Translations under genes and position numbers: made by a program | The notes under the pieces: model-generated | Seen by the model: only the letters and a program-made list of their open reading frames with translations | Database searches by the model: none | Told to the model about the DNA's origin: nothing | DNA from: Diadema antillarum | Lineage: Eukaryota | Assembly (NCBI RefSeq): GCF_040938485.1 | Contig: NW_027271238.1 | Span: 1,426,001 to 1,490,000 of the forward strand | Direction: 5' to 3' | DNA: 64,000 nucleotides | Shown here: positions 26,686 through 40,185 of the stretch, one piece after another | Position numbering within the stretch: the stretch's first letter is position 1 | How the letters are laid out: every line of letters begins with the position of its first letter

Positions 26686-27042
26686 AGGGGAAGGCTAGTA
26701 ACTGATCAGTGGGAATCAGTGGAAATGCTGGGAGATGATTGTTCCAATCCTTATGGGATTCATTCAAGAGTTCATTGTATATCTATTGTTGTGTGAAAAT
26801 GATTTGCTTCAGAACGGTCTCATATTCAAGTAATGTGCAGATTAATGCTCCGTCACTGACCAGGGACGCTAACCTGGAAGCATTAAACTGCACATTACTT
26901 GAATATGAGACCATTCTGAAGCAAATCATTTTCACACAACAATAGATATACAATGAACTCTTGAATGAATCCCATAAGGATTGGAACAATCATCTCCCAG
27001 CATTTCCACTGATTCCCACTGATCAGTTACTAGCCATCCCCT
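26686..27042. mobile_element. Fold-back Kolobok-type MITE, family K2 (copy 1), 357 bp
   Basis: TTAA TSD; AGGGG/CCCCT termini; ~155-bp arms nearly perfectly inverted. Confidence 0.9.
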
Positions 27043-27759
27043 TTAAGATTCACCTGTACTGAAAAGTTCTAGCTTTTCTGTATATGTTGAAACTGCAGCA
27101 AGCATTAAAAAAAAAATCATTGTGAGGGTAATGATAGTAATCCAAAATCATTTCATAATGCCCATTACGGACTCTACACTTGTTTGACATGAAATCAATG
27201 AATTTACATTTTGTGGAAAGCATGTGACAGAACTATTCCTTTACGGGGATTGATTACCCTGTGCAATGTGTATTTACATGTGTGTATGTGTGAGTGTGTT
27301 TCCATTTGTGTGTGCTTGTTCAGTATGTATATTAAGTGATGCTTTAGGACGTTTACAAGTACAAAGTATACCAGTGTGTACTGAAAAAAAAAAGTCTCAT
27401 TGCATTTTGGCTAGGTGTAATTACTGTTTTGGCTCACTGAAGTTTACTGTGTGAGAACATTGATTGTATGTGAGAACATTGATTGTATGCACAAGGAAGT
27501 AACACTAATGTCCTTTTACATGGTCAGCTGTCTTTTGGCATCTCATAATATATTTCAGGGAGGAACTTGATGCCAGAGGAAAAAAAAAATCATACAGCCA
27601 AGAGTAGACATGCTCTGGCTGTTAGTAGGGTTTCCCCCTTTGCCATCTACCAAGTACAGTGTATGTCACATGAATTGAGAATTTGAGACTATTGTGTTTG
27701 TGAGGCAGTTGTGTTACAAGGCTGTAAAAGCTTTAATTTTTTTCTCCCTTGCCTTGCAG

Positions 27760-27864
27760 GTAAAAGGAGATACAACATCAAGCTGTGGAAAACCTTCACA
27801 GACTGCTTCAACTGCTTACCCATCACAGCAATCATTGATGAGAAGATCTTCTGCTGTCATGGAG
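27760..27864 (+). CDS. PPP1CA: PP1 catalytic subunit, coding exon 4 (105 bp)
   Basis: AG|GTAAAAGG...CATGGAG|GTTAG; encodes (C)[34 protein letters not shown](G). Confidence 0.97.
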
Positions 27865-28449
27865 GTTAGTTTCTTCCCTGTGACTATTTCAGTTGCTACG
27901 TTTGTTTCCCCATCTTTCCCACCCACCCCCATGGGGTTGTGTTCCAAAAGGGCAACCAACCGCATCATATTTCATGGATGTTGTCTCACATTGCCATGGC
28001 ATGCAATGTTTGCAGCCGCCAACAAACTGGCGTAGTGTCAGTGAGTCTGTCTGATGCCAACTGAAGCGAGTTTAGAAATGAAGACTGGTGCCAGATTGTG
28101 GATTCCCTAGTTTGATGGTCACATTGTAAGTAGGAAGGGAAATCAAGTGGAAACAAATCCTCGTCAAAAGTACAAAGCAGGTTGTTATTCACATTGTGGT
28201 TGTTGTGGTTGAACGTTTGTGAGATTCCAAGCCATGTAGGAGGTACTGTGCATTTTGCATGCAAGAGCATCAAGAGAGTCTTTAAAGATTTTTACTGATG
28301 GTGAATTATACTTACTTCCATATATACATTACAAGACATCAAGATACGTTTTTTGTATGATGATACCACCTGCTGTGAATGTGTGCGGTTTGTAGAAACC
28401 CAGAAAGTTAACCTGAGCACATGTTAATGGTGTGTCATCAGACTCAAAT

Positions 28450-29251
28450 GGTCAATTTCACGGAAAGGTTGCATTTTATGAAAATCAAACTATTTAGTGT
28501 AGATGATTAATGAAGCTTAATTAGATGATCTGGTATTGTTTACTCAAAGCAGCCTTTCACAACGGATATTTTGATACCTCATTTGTGAACATCGGTGAAC
28601 GTGGAGTGGAGTTATGTCCGAAAAACCTTCATTTTTCATGAAAATTGCCAATTTTTGCATAATTTATGTATCATTTCTGATACACTATTATGACCATAAT
28701 ACAGCTTGTGTAATTCTCAGATGGCTTATTTTCTGAATGTTCTTTGGTCATAGATTGGTTTTATGATGTTCTAGAACTTGTTCCGGCATCAGTAAATATT
28801 ATTCTCTCAATCTCAAAATGTGGTAGTTGATAGCGTCCCATAAGTCACGTTTTTGTGTCCCATCAGTCACACTGGTTTTCCCCCATCCTGCTACTGTACC
28901 AATGAGTAGATATTCATACCACTTGGCTCAGGATAAGCACCAACCCTTTGCTACATTCAGGAAAGAAAATATCTTTCCAGAGTCTCTGTGTGTAAGAATA
29001 TTTCAGAACTTACTTTCCCACGTGAAAAACGGTGGTCCTCGGATGTCCCATAAGTCACGACAGCAATTTTTCGTTGCTGTACGTAATGCAATGATACTTT
29101 TCAAACTAAGTATGGTGTTTTCATAAACTGTGATATGATGGATCTAACCATGAACTGAGAAAAATGCATTTGTTGCAACTATTTTCTCAAAATACTGGTT
29201 TGAAATTGCCAAAATTGTCACTTTGTCCCATAAGTCACAATGGAATTGACC
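28450..29251. mobile_element. Sola1-like non-autonomous element, 802 bp
   Basis: 4-bp TSD AAAT on both sides (fits AWWT); TIR GGTCAATTTCA / TGGAATTGACC; GTCCCATAAGTCAC repeated three times. Confidence 0.65.
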
Positions 29252-29403
29252 AAATTCAAATTCGAACTGTATTTCTTTTTTTTTTCACAGAATAATACAT
29301 ATTTAGGTTTAGAGAGAGGGAAATGGGAAAAAAAAGTATAAGAGATCAAAATTTTCCTGAATAGAGCATGGCAGGTGTTTTTATTATAAAAAGGAGTTAC
29401 TGA

Positions 29404-29781
<378 letters not shown>

Positions 29782-30297
29782 TGATGGAACTCGCCATATC
29801 TCCAGCAACTTACAACAATGTATGCAGCAGACAGCTGGCACGATGAAACATATTATAATGATCACCCCTGCCCTGTTCTTTCTCTGGATTTTACTCACTC
29901 TCTCATGCTCAAACTCTCATAATCTCTTCAGGCTTATGTGAATTGGGCATCATTTCTGCATCTCTCCTGAATATTGATTTTGTTTTCTTCTGTGACTTCT
30001 CGAACAGGAGCTAAAATATCTGCATATGATTGTTTCATAGTTGTCCAGATCAACCTTTTCATGTGGGTGTCAGTTTTCAGTCCAGAATTTCAATTATGAT
30101 TCAGTGCTAAAATTGTCTATTTGTCAAGTATCAGTGAAGTTTTCATTGATCACTCTTGATTTTTGTTTGTTTGTGTGTTTTTGTTTTGTGTTGTTTATCC
30201 CACTGCTGGAAGAATAAATACTCCATAGAATATTCTAGAAAAGCTCAGCTTCTACATTTCACCAAATGATGGAAGCATACAATAGACTCATTGATAA

Positions 30298-30510
<213 letters not shown>

Positions 30511-30841
30511 TAAGCCCTAGGAAGATGATGCCGTCATCCTCACTTCATCTCTCTGTTAAGATTTGATGAAGTTTGGTGATGGTAGAGTTGAGTTTCATCT
30601 GTTTTGATATCCTCATGTTCTGTTTTAGTTTGTCACAATATAAAAGTAATAGCAATCACTGTACATTCAGTATACAAATGACGCACAGGTCTGAGTGCAT
30701 CAGTTGGAATTGTGTGCATAAGGTAACTATGCAATGCTTAACCCACGAGGCGAAGCTGAGTGGGTTTAGGCTAAATCCCATAGTTACCGCATGCACACTA
30801 TATTCCGACTGACGCACGAAAAGACATGTGCGTCATCTGTT

Positions 30842-31150
30842 TTATAGAATGGGTAATTTTCTTGCCAAAAACCCATTTTTCTATCATATTACCCGATTAC
30901 AAATTTACTGGATGCATTTCCTTTTGGCTAGCCGTAGACGAGAGCCCGCAAACCATGCATCAGTTTTTTCTGGACACATGGCCAACCTTGCATCAGTACT
31001 GAGTGCGCGAACCTTGATTACAAGTACGCGTACTCTTGCTACAAGTGCGCGATAACATGTTAACCACTGTGAAGCAGCGTGCGGCCAGTAAAAATCAACA
31101 CATAGCTCTCGACCAATGAGATCGCAGGATTCTCGCTACCCATTCTATAA
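30842..31150. mobile_element. Small inverted-terminus element (possibly Crypton-like non-autonomous)
   Basis: Inverted ends TTATAGAATGGGTA / TACCCATTCTATAA; subterminal CCAATGAGATCGCAGGATT; adjacent hairpin CCCACGAGGCGAAGCTGAGTGGG (30742-30764). Confidence 0.5.
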
Positions 31151-31418
31151 CACTTTCTGATGGGATGCAGTGACAATATTCAATTACGAGCAATATAAAT
31201 AATGCTAAGTTTGTGTGTGTATCATTTTTCTGTTACGTAGAGGTGCCAGTTGACTCTAAAATGTGATACCAGTACCCTCTTGCACTGAAAATTCACTGAA
31301 TACCTATTCCTACATGACCATGTCGGCATCTTAAGCTAAACAACAACATGATGTGATGCAAGATGAGAGAAATCTGATCATCACAGCCATTTGTAACTAT
31401 TAGGACATGGGACATTTG

Positions 31419-31894
31419 NNNNNNNNNNNNNNNNNNNNNNNNNNNNNNNNNNNNNNNNNNNNNNNNNNNNNNNNNNNNNNNNNNNNNNNNNNNNNNNNNN
31501 NNNNNNNNNNNNNNNNNNNNNNNNNNNNNNNNNNNNNNNNNNNNNNNNNNNNNNNNNNNNNNNNNNNNNNNNNNNNNNNNNNNNNNNNNNNNNNNNNNNN
31601 NNNNNNNNNNNNNNNNNNNNNNNNNNNNNNNNNNNNNNNNNNNNNNNNNNNNNNNNNNNNNNNNNNNNNNNNNNNNNNNNNNNNNNNNNNNNNNNNNNNN
31701 NNNNNNNNNNNNNNNNNNNNNNNNNNNNNNNNNNNNNNNNNNNNNNNNNNNNNNNNNNNNNNNNNNNNNNNNNNNNNNNNNNNNNNNNNNNNNNNNNNNN
31801 NNNNNNNNNNNNNNNNNNNNNNNNNNNNNNNNNNNNNNNNNNNNNNNNNNNNNNNNNNNNNNNNNNNNNNNNNNNNNNNNNNNNNNNNNNNNNN
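31419..31894. other. Assembly gap in PP1 intron 6
   Basis: 476 N. Confidence 1.
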
Positions 31895-32425
31895 GTCCAG
31901 TTTTGTCATCACTATTGTTCAGATCTAGAGATTGACATGCCGACCTGTTTAAGTCTTTGAAATTAAAGCAATCCTTTTATTTGCTCAGAGTTTAAAAAAG
32001 AAAAGAAGGTTCTTTCTGCTGTCTTCAAGTCTCGGTACATGATACTTACTCCTCACTGGTAAATTTTGAAACAAACAAGATGTGTGTATATTACTTGCAT
32101 CTTATTAAAGACTCAATTTACTGGTATTTCCATCATAAAATCCATTGTTTGTTTAAAATGGATTAGTGGGGTCAGTGAAAACCTCTAATTTCACTTTAAT
32201 AGCAACAGATCTGTGTTGATGCTGTCAGAGTGATAGGAACATAGTATGATCATACCCTTTGTTCTATCCAAATTAATGAGGCACAATTTGCTTACCTGTA
32301 CCTCATTTGTATGCAATTCTCAAGGTAATTGTATTTTCCGTTCTTTCCTGTAATCATAAATAATTTTCTCTTATCATTTAATTGTTAATCATTATATTTA
32401 TTTCTGTCTCTCATCCATGTATCAG

Positions 32426-32533
32426 ATTCTCAAACCCACTGACAAGAAGAAGTTCCCCTACAGTGGAATGTCTGGTGGACGTCCAGTTACCCCACCGCGC
32501 AGTTCCAACAACAAGGGAGGCAAAAAGAAGTAG
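32426..32533 (+). CDS. PPP1CA: PP1 catalytic subunit, terminal coding exon 7 (108 bp incl. stop)
   Basis: AG|ATTCTCAAACCC...AAGAAGTAG; encodes ILKPTDKKKFPYSGMSGGRPVTPPRSSNNKGGKKK*, with the conserved CDK site RPVTPPR. Confidence 0.96.
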   Translation: MLKPTDKKKFPYSGMSGGRPVTPPRSSNNKGGKKK

Positions 32534-35500
32534 AGGATCTCCTGAGCCAGCAACAAAGCATACTTCCTTCACTTCTTTCTTTTTTTCTCTCTATCTCCCT
32601 TTCTCTCTCTCACACAATCTATCTTTCTCTCTCTCTCTCTCTCTCTCTGTCTTTTTCTTCTCCCCATAACTTCCGCACCCTCACGACCTCTGTGACCAGT
32701 AGCCCAAGTTCCTCTGGCATTTTCGGATATAGTTTGAGAGTGCTGCGGATAGTGTGAATGCGTGGCCCCACGCCCTGATGAATTTAGTGACTTAAGTGTG
32801 TCTGTGGGCCGTGGCCTGGTGCTTGGAACTTGGTTTGATTTTCAGAGTACTGATAATGTCTAAATGAAGGTAAAGAGAAAAAGATAGTAATAATAAATGA
32901 TTAAAGATAATTATGATGAATGATTGGATTGGGCTTTAATTAATAGTAATTACTATCTGCCATAAGTTTGTGTGTCCTGTTTGTGTTGTGATATTTGGTT
33001 CCTTCTGAATTATTTATGTTCTCATGTTTCACCCTTTGTTAGGTGTCGTCCAGAGCAATGTCATTGATTTTTTTTTTTTTTTTTGGTTGAATGTGTGTAT
33101 TTTTTGTTGTTGAAAGTGTTAGAATGTTTTCCAAGAATTGCCCGCCATCATTCAGTCATTGCTAGGTGTGAAGTGTGTCACTTCAAATCACCTGTATTCA
33201 ACCAGTGAGGGTGCTTGTGATTAAGCCCTACCCTGCTGTCGAGGATTTGATGTACAAGTAGCAGCGCACCCCTACTTAGTTAGTGTATCCAATAAACAAA
33301 TAGATGAGACAGGTGCACACACAAAAAAGTGGAGCTCTGCTACTGTGAAATAGGGAGAGAGAGAGACCAAAAAGAAAGAAAGAAAGAAAAAAAAAAGATT
33401 TTTTAAAAATCCACACCATTGTGTGTAGTCAGTATAGTACATTCAATGGAGCAGTTTCCCCCCAGACTTGTTCACCCATGTAATATCCACAGCCAACTAT
33501 ATATATTAAGAGATATATGTTCAATATGTTCATTTTATGTGTTTGTTGATTTTTTTTCTTTTAATTATGAAGAATATATTTCTGTGTAGCGTTTGTCTGT
33601 TGATAGAACAGTACTGTTTATTCAATAAACATAATGGGGAAAAATCCAGCTGTATTCTCAAAATTTCAGTATTTTTTGTTGTTGTTGTTGCTGTCATGCC
33701 AAATTTAGAGGTCAACATTGGCTCCCAAAACTGCTGTATGAGGAATGCGTTTGCGCTATCAGGCATATCTTACATAGCTGGACAAATGCAATCACACTAT
33801 TGATCTCAGTATGTAGCAATTCCATTCTATTTCACTTGTCCTCTTCTTTCCTATCTTCCCCTTGTTTGGGGGTGGGTGGGTGTACAATAGGGGAATGTAG
33901 CAGAACTTTGTGAAAAACTCCCTGGCATGTTTGTGTTGAACAAAGGTTTAAAGACATTTCTGGCTGTTGAGCCCCACATCAGCAAATAGGCACTGCCGCA
34001 TTGGCTGATGCGAGTGGCTCACGTGAAGCGAGAAAAGACAACAGAACTCCACAGTGGAAGTCTGAGTGACATGTTATTTATACCTTTGCTTGGTATGTTC
34101 TTATTTGTTGTCAGCAATAATAAAATTTTATTGATGTTGGAGATTGTAACCTCCCCCCCCCCCCCAAGAAAAAGGAGGTACAATATACAAAGCACAAAGA
34201 GACATGTAATCTATTTAGAATCCACAAACTGGGGGGGAGTGAAAGGTACCATTCACTTCCTCACGCAGGGGTTTCTTCCAAGGTTGAAGAGATGGCAAGT
34301 CTCCAAGGTTTAATGACTTCACAATGCAGTGCAGTAGTTGATCTTGTAGCAGCTTGATGAATATCTTGAAGATAATGTGAGCACTCTTCAAATGTAATTG
34401 CAATTTCAAATGTGCTGGGAGTCTCGTACAGCAGTTGAGAACCAGAAGGGAATTGATACTGTACAAAAATCTATAGAGCTAATCCCTTCTGCTTCTCAAG
34501 TTATGAAACATGAATATTGGCACCTTGTGAGGAAGTGGATGGGCCAAATGAATTCTCATTTTTTGTTTAATTTGTATAAATGTGTTTTTTTTCATAGTGT
34601 GTTAATTCTTATTTGGGATGGGGGTGGGTAGAGGGTATGGGAGGGGGGCGGGTTGTTATGATAGCCAATTCTGTACACAAACCATCCACCACTGCCGGAT
34701 AGTGTGGGGTGGGACCAAAGCATGACATTATTTATTCATTATCTACAATTGCTCATCATGAATGATTTTTAAGTTACTTATTTCGTTTGTTTTTTTTTCT
34801 TCTCTTTTCTGCACTGTTTATCACCAAATAGAATGTGTGCCATGCTGCACATGGTAATTCTTTTTGTTTCGTGTTTCACAAGCTTTGTCATTGCTTTATG
34901 GCACCCACTTCACATACTAATTGACAGATTAATTGGCATATGTACCAAGCAGTAATGTTTAATCAGTGGAGACATTGATTAGAGTAGAAATCTGACTAAA
35001 ACTAAGCAGTGCTGCTAGGCGCTATCAACAGCGAAGAGTGTTGTGCAAGCGGGATTACAAATGTTCGCAAACCGACCAAAGGAGGTGGTTTTAGCAAGCG
35101 ACATTTCTTCTTCTTTTTTTTTTAAAAATATACAATGTATGCCAGCCTGTACATAGGTGAGCTTGGATTACATGTTTGATAAATAGTTTTGTAATTGTTT
35201 TCATGAAAGCTCTTGGAACAAGAACTTTTTAGTGACTGGTGTTATACAAAAGAAGTAAAAAAAAAAAAGCAACAACAACTTGTCTACATTTCTGCTTCTT
35301 TTTGTGCTGGATGTGTGAGAAAATTTTATCAGTGAGAATTAATGTGATATCATGTGTATATTGTAAACTCCTTTTTGTTTCCATGCAACCAGGCAAGTTT
35401 AACTTATTGACACTTTCTTTGGTTTTTAGGTTTTTTTCCCTCAAATTGCGAATTGAGCTGTTTTGCATAAATATTAATTACATGTGCAGGGAGCTCCTCA

Positions 35501-36986
35501 GATACATGCCGCATTTGCTGCTGTCAAGAGACTTTCTCTTTTCACTGGGGCAAGCATATTATCTATCCCATCAATTTACAAGCATGAAGAGAGTATTGTG
35601 CCACGAGCATGAAGCGCTCTACTGTAGTGTGAATATTTTCTTCCACTGCCATGTCTTACAAAGATTTCAAGCAACGACAGGTGACGAGTGACTTTATAGC
35701 ATTTTGTGTGTACTTGCCAGTCCACAACACTTTAAACGTCCTTTTTATCAACACATATCATGGGGGGGGGGGGGGGGGGGGGGTGTTGTCAGTGTTCCTT
35801 TGTAAAGTGTGATTTCTCATTGTCACTTCAGATGGGGATGTTGTATTACATTCCATGCATCACCATTTTTTAAAAATTTCCCTTTCTGTATTTAATCATG
35901 AACTTTGCATGCTATTCTTGTAGAGATGTCCATACATGTGTGGGGGAAAACTGAATCTTGGCATCTTCCATGAGTAGGTACATGTACAATACTACGACTA
36001 TTTCAGTCAACCTGTGTCAAATGTATATACAGGCACAGAGATATACACCAAACACTCAGGCACACACGCAGGCACAGCTTTTTCAAATGCATTCTGCACC
36101 ATCATGTATTGTTGGTTTTTTTTTTGCTTTGATAAGTTTTTCAAGTAAGAATAAAAAGTTCCACTTATGTTGTGATTCCTGGTTTCACTCATTGTCTCCA
36201 GACATTGCATTCGGTATGTTTATGCAAAACAGCTCACGTTGTCACGAAGTCACACTCTTGTACAAATTTTTCTCGTTTAGTCATGTAGAATTGATGAAAT
36301 AAACTCCTCACGTTCTGTTTTGTAAATATCTGATAACGGGCTGTTCTCTTTGTGCCTTTCCTTGCATTCCATAGTAGTGTGGCAGTCGCTGGTTCTCCTG
36401 GCAAGGTCATGTGGACCCTTTGTTCCTAGTATGACATGAAATGATTGGTTGTGTGTTGTTCTGGACTTGTTGGCATGATGGACTGTGAACTTCGCTCTAT
36501 TCAGACAATACTCTTGGCTTTACCCAGAGTATAAAGTGATTTGGCGTGTGTGTGTAGGTATATGTGTGTAGACAAGTGTTCATTACAGAGTTGACAGTTA
36601 ACCTTGTTTTGCTCACCAAATTTTAGTGAATTTCTGAAAAATGTTTGGTTAATTTTTAGAAACACTGAAAGGGTGTGCAATTGCAGTGAGAGAGTTGAGT
36701 TGCAATCAGTTGCAATTCATGGCAGTGAATGTGCCCTATGATTCTTTGTATTATACACAAGTTTTATAAACGTAATTGATTATAATTTGTGATTGACTTT
36801 TAACCATGTATTGCAGCTGATTGCAACTTTCTTGCAATGCCCCCTGAACGTGAAAATTGAATGTAAGAAGATTTCCTATTACAAATATTCCATCTTTTTA
36901 AACATTTGAAATAAGTTTCACATGCTATCAAAGAGCAAGATCCAACCATTAAGACACATCTAGTATGACATATTTCATTATTTTTT

Positions 36987-36990
<4 letters not shown>

Positions 36991-37043
<53 letters not shown>
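36991..37043 (+). repeat. (TG)n microsatellite
   Basis: About 26 TG units. Confidence 0.95.
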
Positions 37044-37047
<4 letters not shown>

Positions 37048-37166
37048 CAGTACATTCCAAAAAGGAGAAGGAAACTCAAATATGTGGATTGAGGGAATGC
37101 AACAATATTTGTAGAACACATCGGGGAAGTTTAGGAAAATTGGACAATGTCGAAAAGTTACAAATA

Positions 37167-37756
37167 CAGTGCACTCCCGTTATAACGAAATGCTCGGGAC
37201 CAGCAGTTTTCTTTCGTTATAACTACATTTCGTTATAACCGAACAAATACAATATATCACAAAAACAATGAAACAAGGGAACAAATAACAAACCCTATTT
37301 CATTTCTGAACTAACGGACATTTAGGTGTATCAGAATCAGTGTCTTTTGTAATAAAGAACCTTCAAAACAATAAAAAGAACTTTATTTGATTTCAGATTA
37401 TTGTACACATGTATTACAATAATTCAAGTTCTTCTCGAAAAACGTGCGTGACACACAGAGCCAACACACAGTTATATGAAGCGTTCACTCATGCAGAGAC
37501 GCTCTAAATGCTTGTTCCGCTACGTATTTTCGAAAGTGATCCGCATTTTGTTATAACGCAACACATTTCTTTTGTTTTTCTTTGTCAGTGGCGCTCGGAA
37601 AAGACTTCGTTATAACGAAAATTTCGCTATAACTGTGTTCGTTATAAGCGGATTTTGTACCATAGACTTTCATGGCGATAATTTTGGGACCAGAAGTTTT
37701 ACTTCGTTATAATGAAATTTCGTTATAACCGTGTTCGTTGTAACGGGAGTGCACTG
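37167..37756. mobile_element. Tc1/pogo-type MITE, 590 bp
   Basis: TA|CAGTGCACTCCCGTTATAACGAA ... TTCGTTGTAACGGGAGTGCACTG|TA; many CGTTATAAC subterminal motifs. Confidence 0.9.
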
Positions 37757-37859
37757 TACTTTATAAAGTTTTGGTGCTGCAATGACTGGATGAGAAGACT
37801 ACATTTTGTGGCATCATGTATGGACAACAATATAAGAGTATGAAATGTGACATCATACT

Positions 37860-38066
37860 GTAAAAGTGGATATTTTTGCGCGACGAATTTTTCGCGCTTG
37901 GCCTGGTAAGAAAGGTTTCGTGTGTTTAATAATTCCACGGAATCAATACATCACGCACAGGAACATTTGGCAAGCAAAAATATTGCTTGCTTTTATTTTT
38001 GCGGCACTTTCTGGTTGCGCGAAATGCGCGAAAATTTCAACACCGCGAATATTTCCACTTTTACAG
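37860..38066. mobile_element. TA-flanked CTGTAAAAGTGG MITE (copy 2)
   Basis: TA|CTGTAAAAGTGGATATTTT...ATTTCCACTTTTACAG|TA. Confidence 0.85.
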
Positions 38067-40000
38067 TAGCCATTCATCATAACGTCATCACTATCCGTTA
38101 TTAAAGAAATTGTAAAGAAAATTCAACTTATCTTCACTTTCCTAGTACAAATAACCCTGCTTGACCTCGCATAAGTTGAATAATCACCTAAGTCGAAGGT
38201 CTTTTCAAGTTCTTTTCTTCATGTTCGATTGATTTTAATCCTTCATAAGTAGAATTTTCTTCAAGTCGAAGCTTCTTCTTCAGTCCAAATAGATTTGACT
38301 TTAATAGGCAAGGTTGGTTGTACATGAATTTATGAAAGAGCACTTGACTCCCCTATTTCAAGAAGCGCAGTACATCGTACTTAACAACATGGAGCTACAA
38401 GTTGAGGGATTGTGTACTTTTCATGAAAAATGAAATATTATGGAATTCTCTATTTTCTCTACATCGTTGTCCATGCGTGACGGCACAAACTGCAGAAGTC
38501 TTCTCGTCTAGTGATGGCGGCAGTGAAACTGTAGAAATTCATAACTTTTCCAACGAATTGTCCAATTTCTCAAACTGTAATGTTTTCTACAAATATTGCT
38601 GCATTCACTCAATCCACATAAGTATATTTGGGTTTCAATCTCCATTAGAATTTACACTGATATCCACATACAAGGAATTTGAAAAGGAAGTTATGATATC
38701 ATTAACATTTAGGATTATGATATCCCATCGCAGCATAGTAACGAACACACATGCACAATCACACATGCAAATAAGCTGATAAATAATCCTACCTATACGG
38801 TAAAACTAAAAATTTTCACATGCATGGAATCTTTCTATTTCTAATTTTATAGCACATTGTATATATGTATGTTTGCTTCTGGGTTTGATTTTTTTTTTTT
38901 TTTTTTTTGAGCGGGGGGAGGGGGGGGGGGCTCATTTGAGTTGCATGATTGGGGTTGGGAGACATAAAAATCTTCATTTTATTTTTTTTTTTGGGGGGGG
39001 GGGTAGCCTCCTGGAAAGCCTTACTACTAAACACAGCTTTCAAAGGACATATCGAGGATATTGGGCAGGATCTAAAGTGAAGGATTACAGATGTTTCCTG
39101 AAAATGTCATAGAAGACCTTACACAGAATGTTAACCTCTCTTGCGAAGAAGTATGGAAATCATTACACTTGACCAAAATACAGTCATTTTACCTCTTGAA
39201 CAAACACTCTTAGAGAATACCACTGAAAACTCACAAGCGACCAAAATACTTACCATTCTATGAACACTAAAAATACCACTAAAACCATCCTGGGTGACCA
39301 AAACATAGTCATTAACTCTACTAATGACCACTGCTTCAAAATGTCACCATATCCTACAGTGTCAGCACAGGTGGTCACAACACAGATGATGCTAGTAGAT
39401 CAATGTTCAAGAACGAATATGTTTTCTCTTTTCTTCCAATACAATGATTGCCATGTGACACGTCTGGAGGCAGCTGTGATAAAGCTGAAAACATTAGAGC
39501 CCACTAAATTTTAACAAAAAAATGTAAATGATTTGTTCAGAAATGGAAAGTTGATATATGAACACATACTGGATATCCTGAATAAATGAGGACAATTTTC
39601 AGTTTTTATGAATCATCTTTCATACACTCCAGCTGTGTCTCAAATTTACCTACAGGTTTCATGTGAGTGTCACATCTCCCGCATACTCGAGTGCATCTAA
39701 CTTCAAATCTTTTTTGCTTTCTTTAATATCTAAAACTTTTATCTTGCTGCCAGCTCTACTGCTGCACTTGAAACATTTGAAGTGAAGTGGGACAAATTAT
39801 GAACTTGTATCATTGGAAAGCGTAAAGTCTGGGGAATTTGATACCGATCCACCAAAGTAAGAAAGATGATGGTTGGCGATTTGATCATGCTAAGTGACAG
39901 AAAGAGCACATCATGCTTACAAGCACTTGGTGTGGACTGCTTTAAAATAGATACATGGAGTTACAGCTCATGATTGCTTTCTGCAAAGGTGTGGTATATG

Positions 40001-40185
40001 CGTATCAGGGCAATCATCCCCCGAGGGCCATTGTTTAGAGTAAAGAATAGGGTTAGGGTTAGGTTTAGGGTATAGAGTTTGGGTTAGGGTTAGGATTAGG
40101 ATCAGGTTCTGGTTTGGATTAGGGTTAGGATCACATCAGGAGAAGGGTCCGGGGTAATTGCCCAGGGGATAATTACCCTAGACCC
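40001..40185. mobile_element. MITE carrying degenerate (TTAGGG)n, possibly MULE-type
   Basis: 21-bp imperfect TIR (AGGGCAATCATCCCC / GGGGATAATTACCCT core); flanks GGTATATG / GGTACATG; telomere-like core at ~40050-40130. Confidence 0.55.

Larger units (their letters stand above)
37063..38643. mobile_element. Old K1-related Kolobok-type MITE interrupted by two nested MITEs
   Basis: Left arm GGAGAAGGAAACTCAAATATGTGGATTGAGGGAATGCAACAATATTTGTAGAAC mirrors the right arm ending ATTTGGGTTTCAATCTCC; K1 motifs resume after each insertion. Confidence 0.65.

Noticed and set aside
26739-26989. Near-identical 68-aa ORFs on both strands (also 48259-48509)
   Set aside because: An artefact of the palindromic K2 MITE; no coding signature.
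31400-31928. ORFs spanning N runs (also 22945-23274 and 58966-59328)
   Set aside because: Assembly gaps, not coding sequence.
32490-32533. PP1gamma2-like alternative C-terminal splice after RPVTPPR
   Set aside because: No convincing GT donor at that position and no alternative exon identified.
40050-40130. True telomere or chromosome-fusion scar
   Set aside because: Short, degenerate and enclosed by TIRs.
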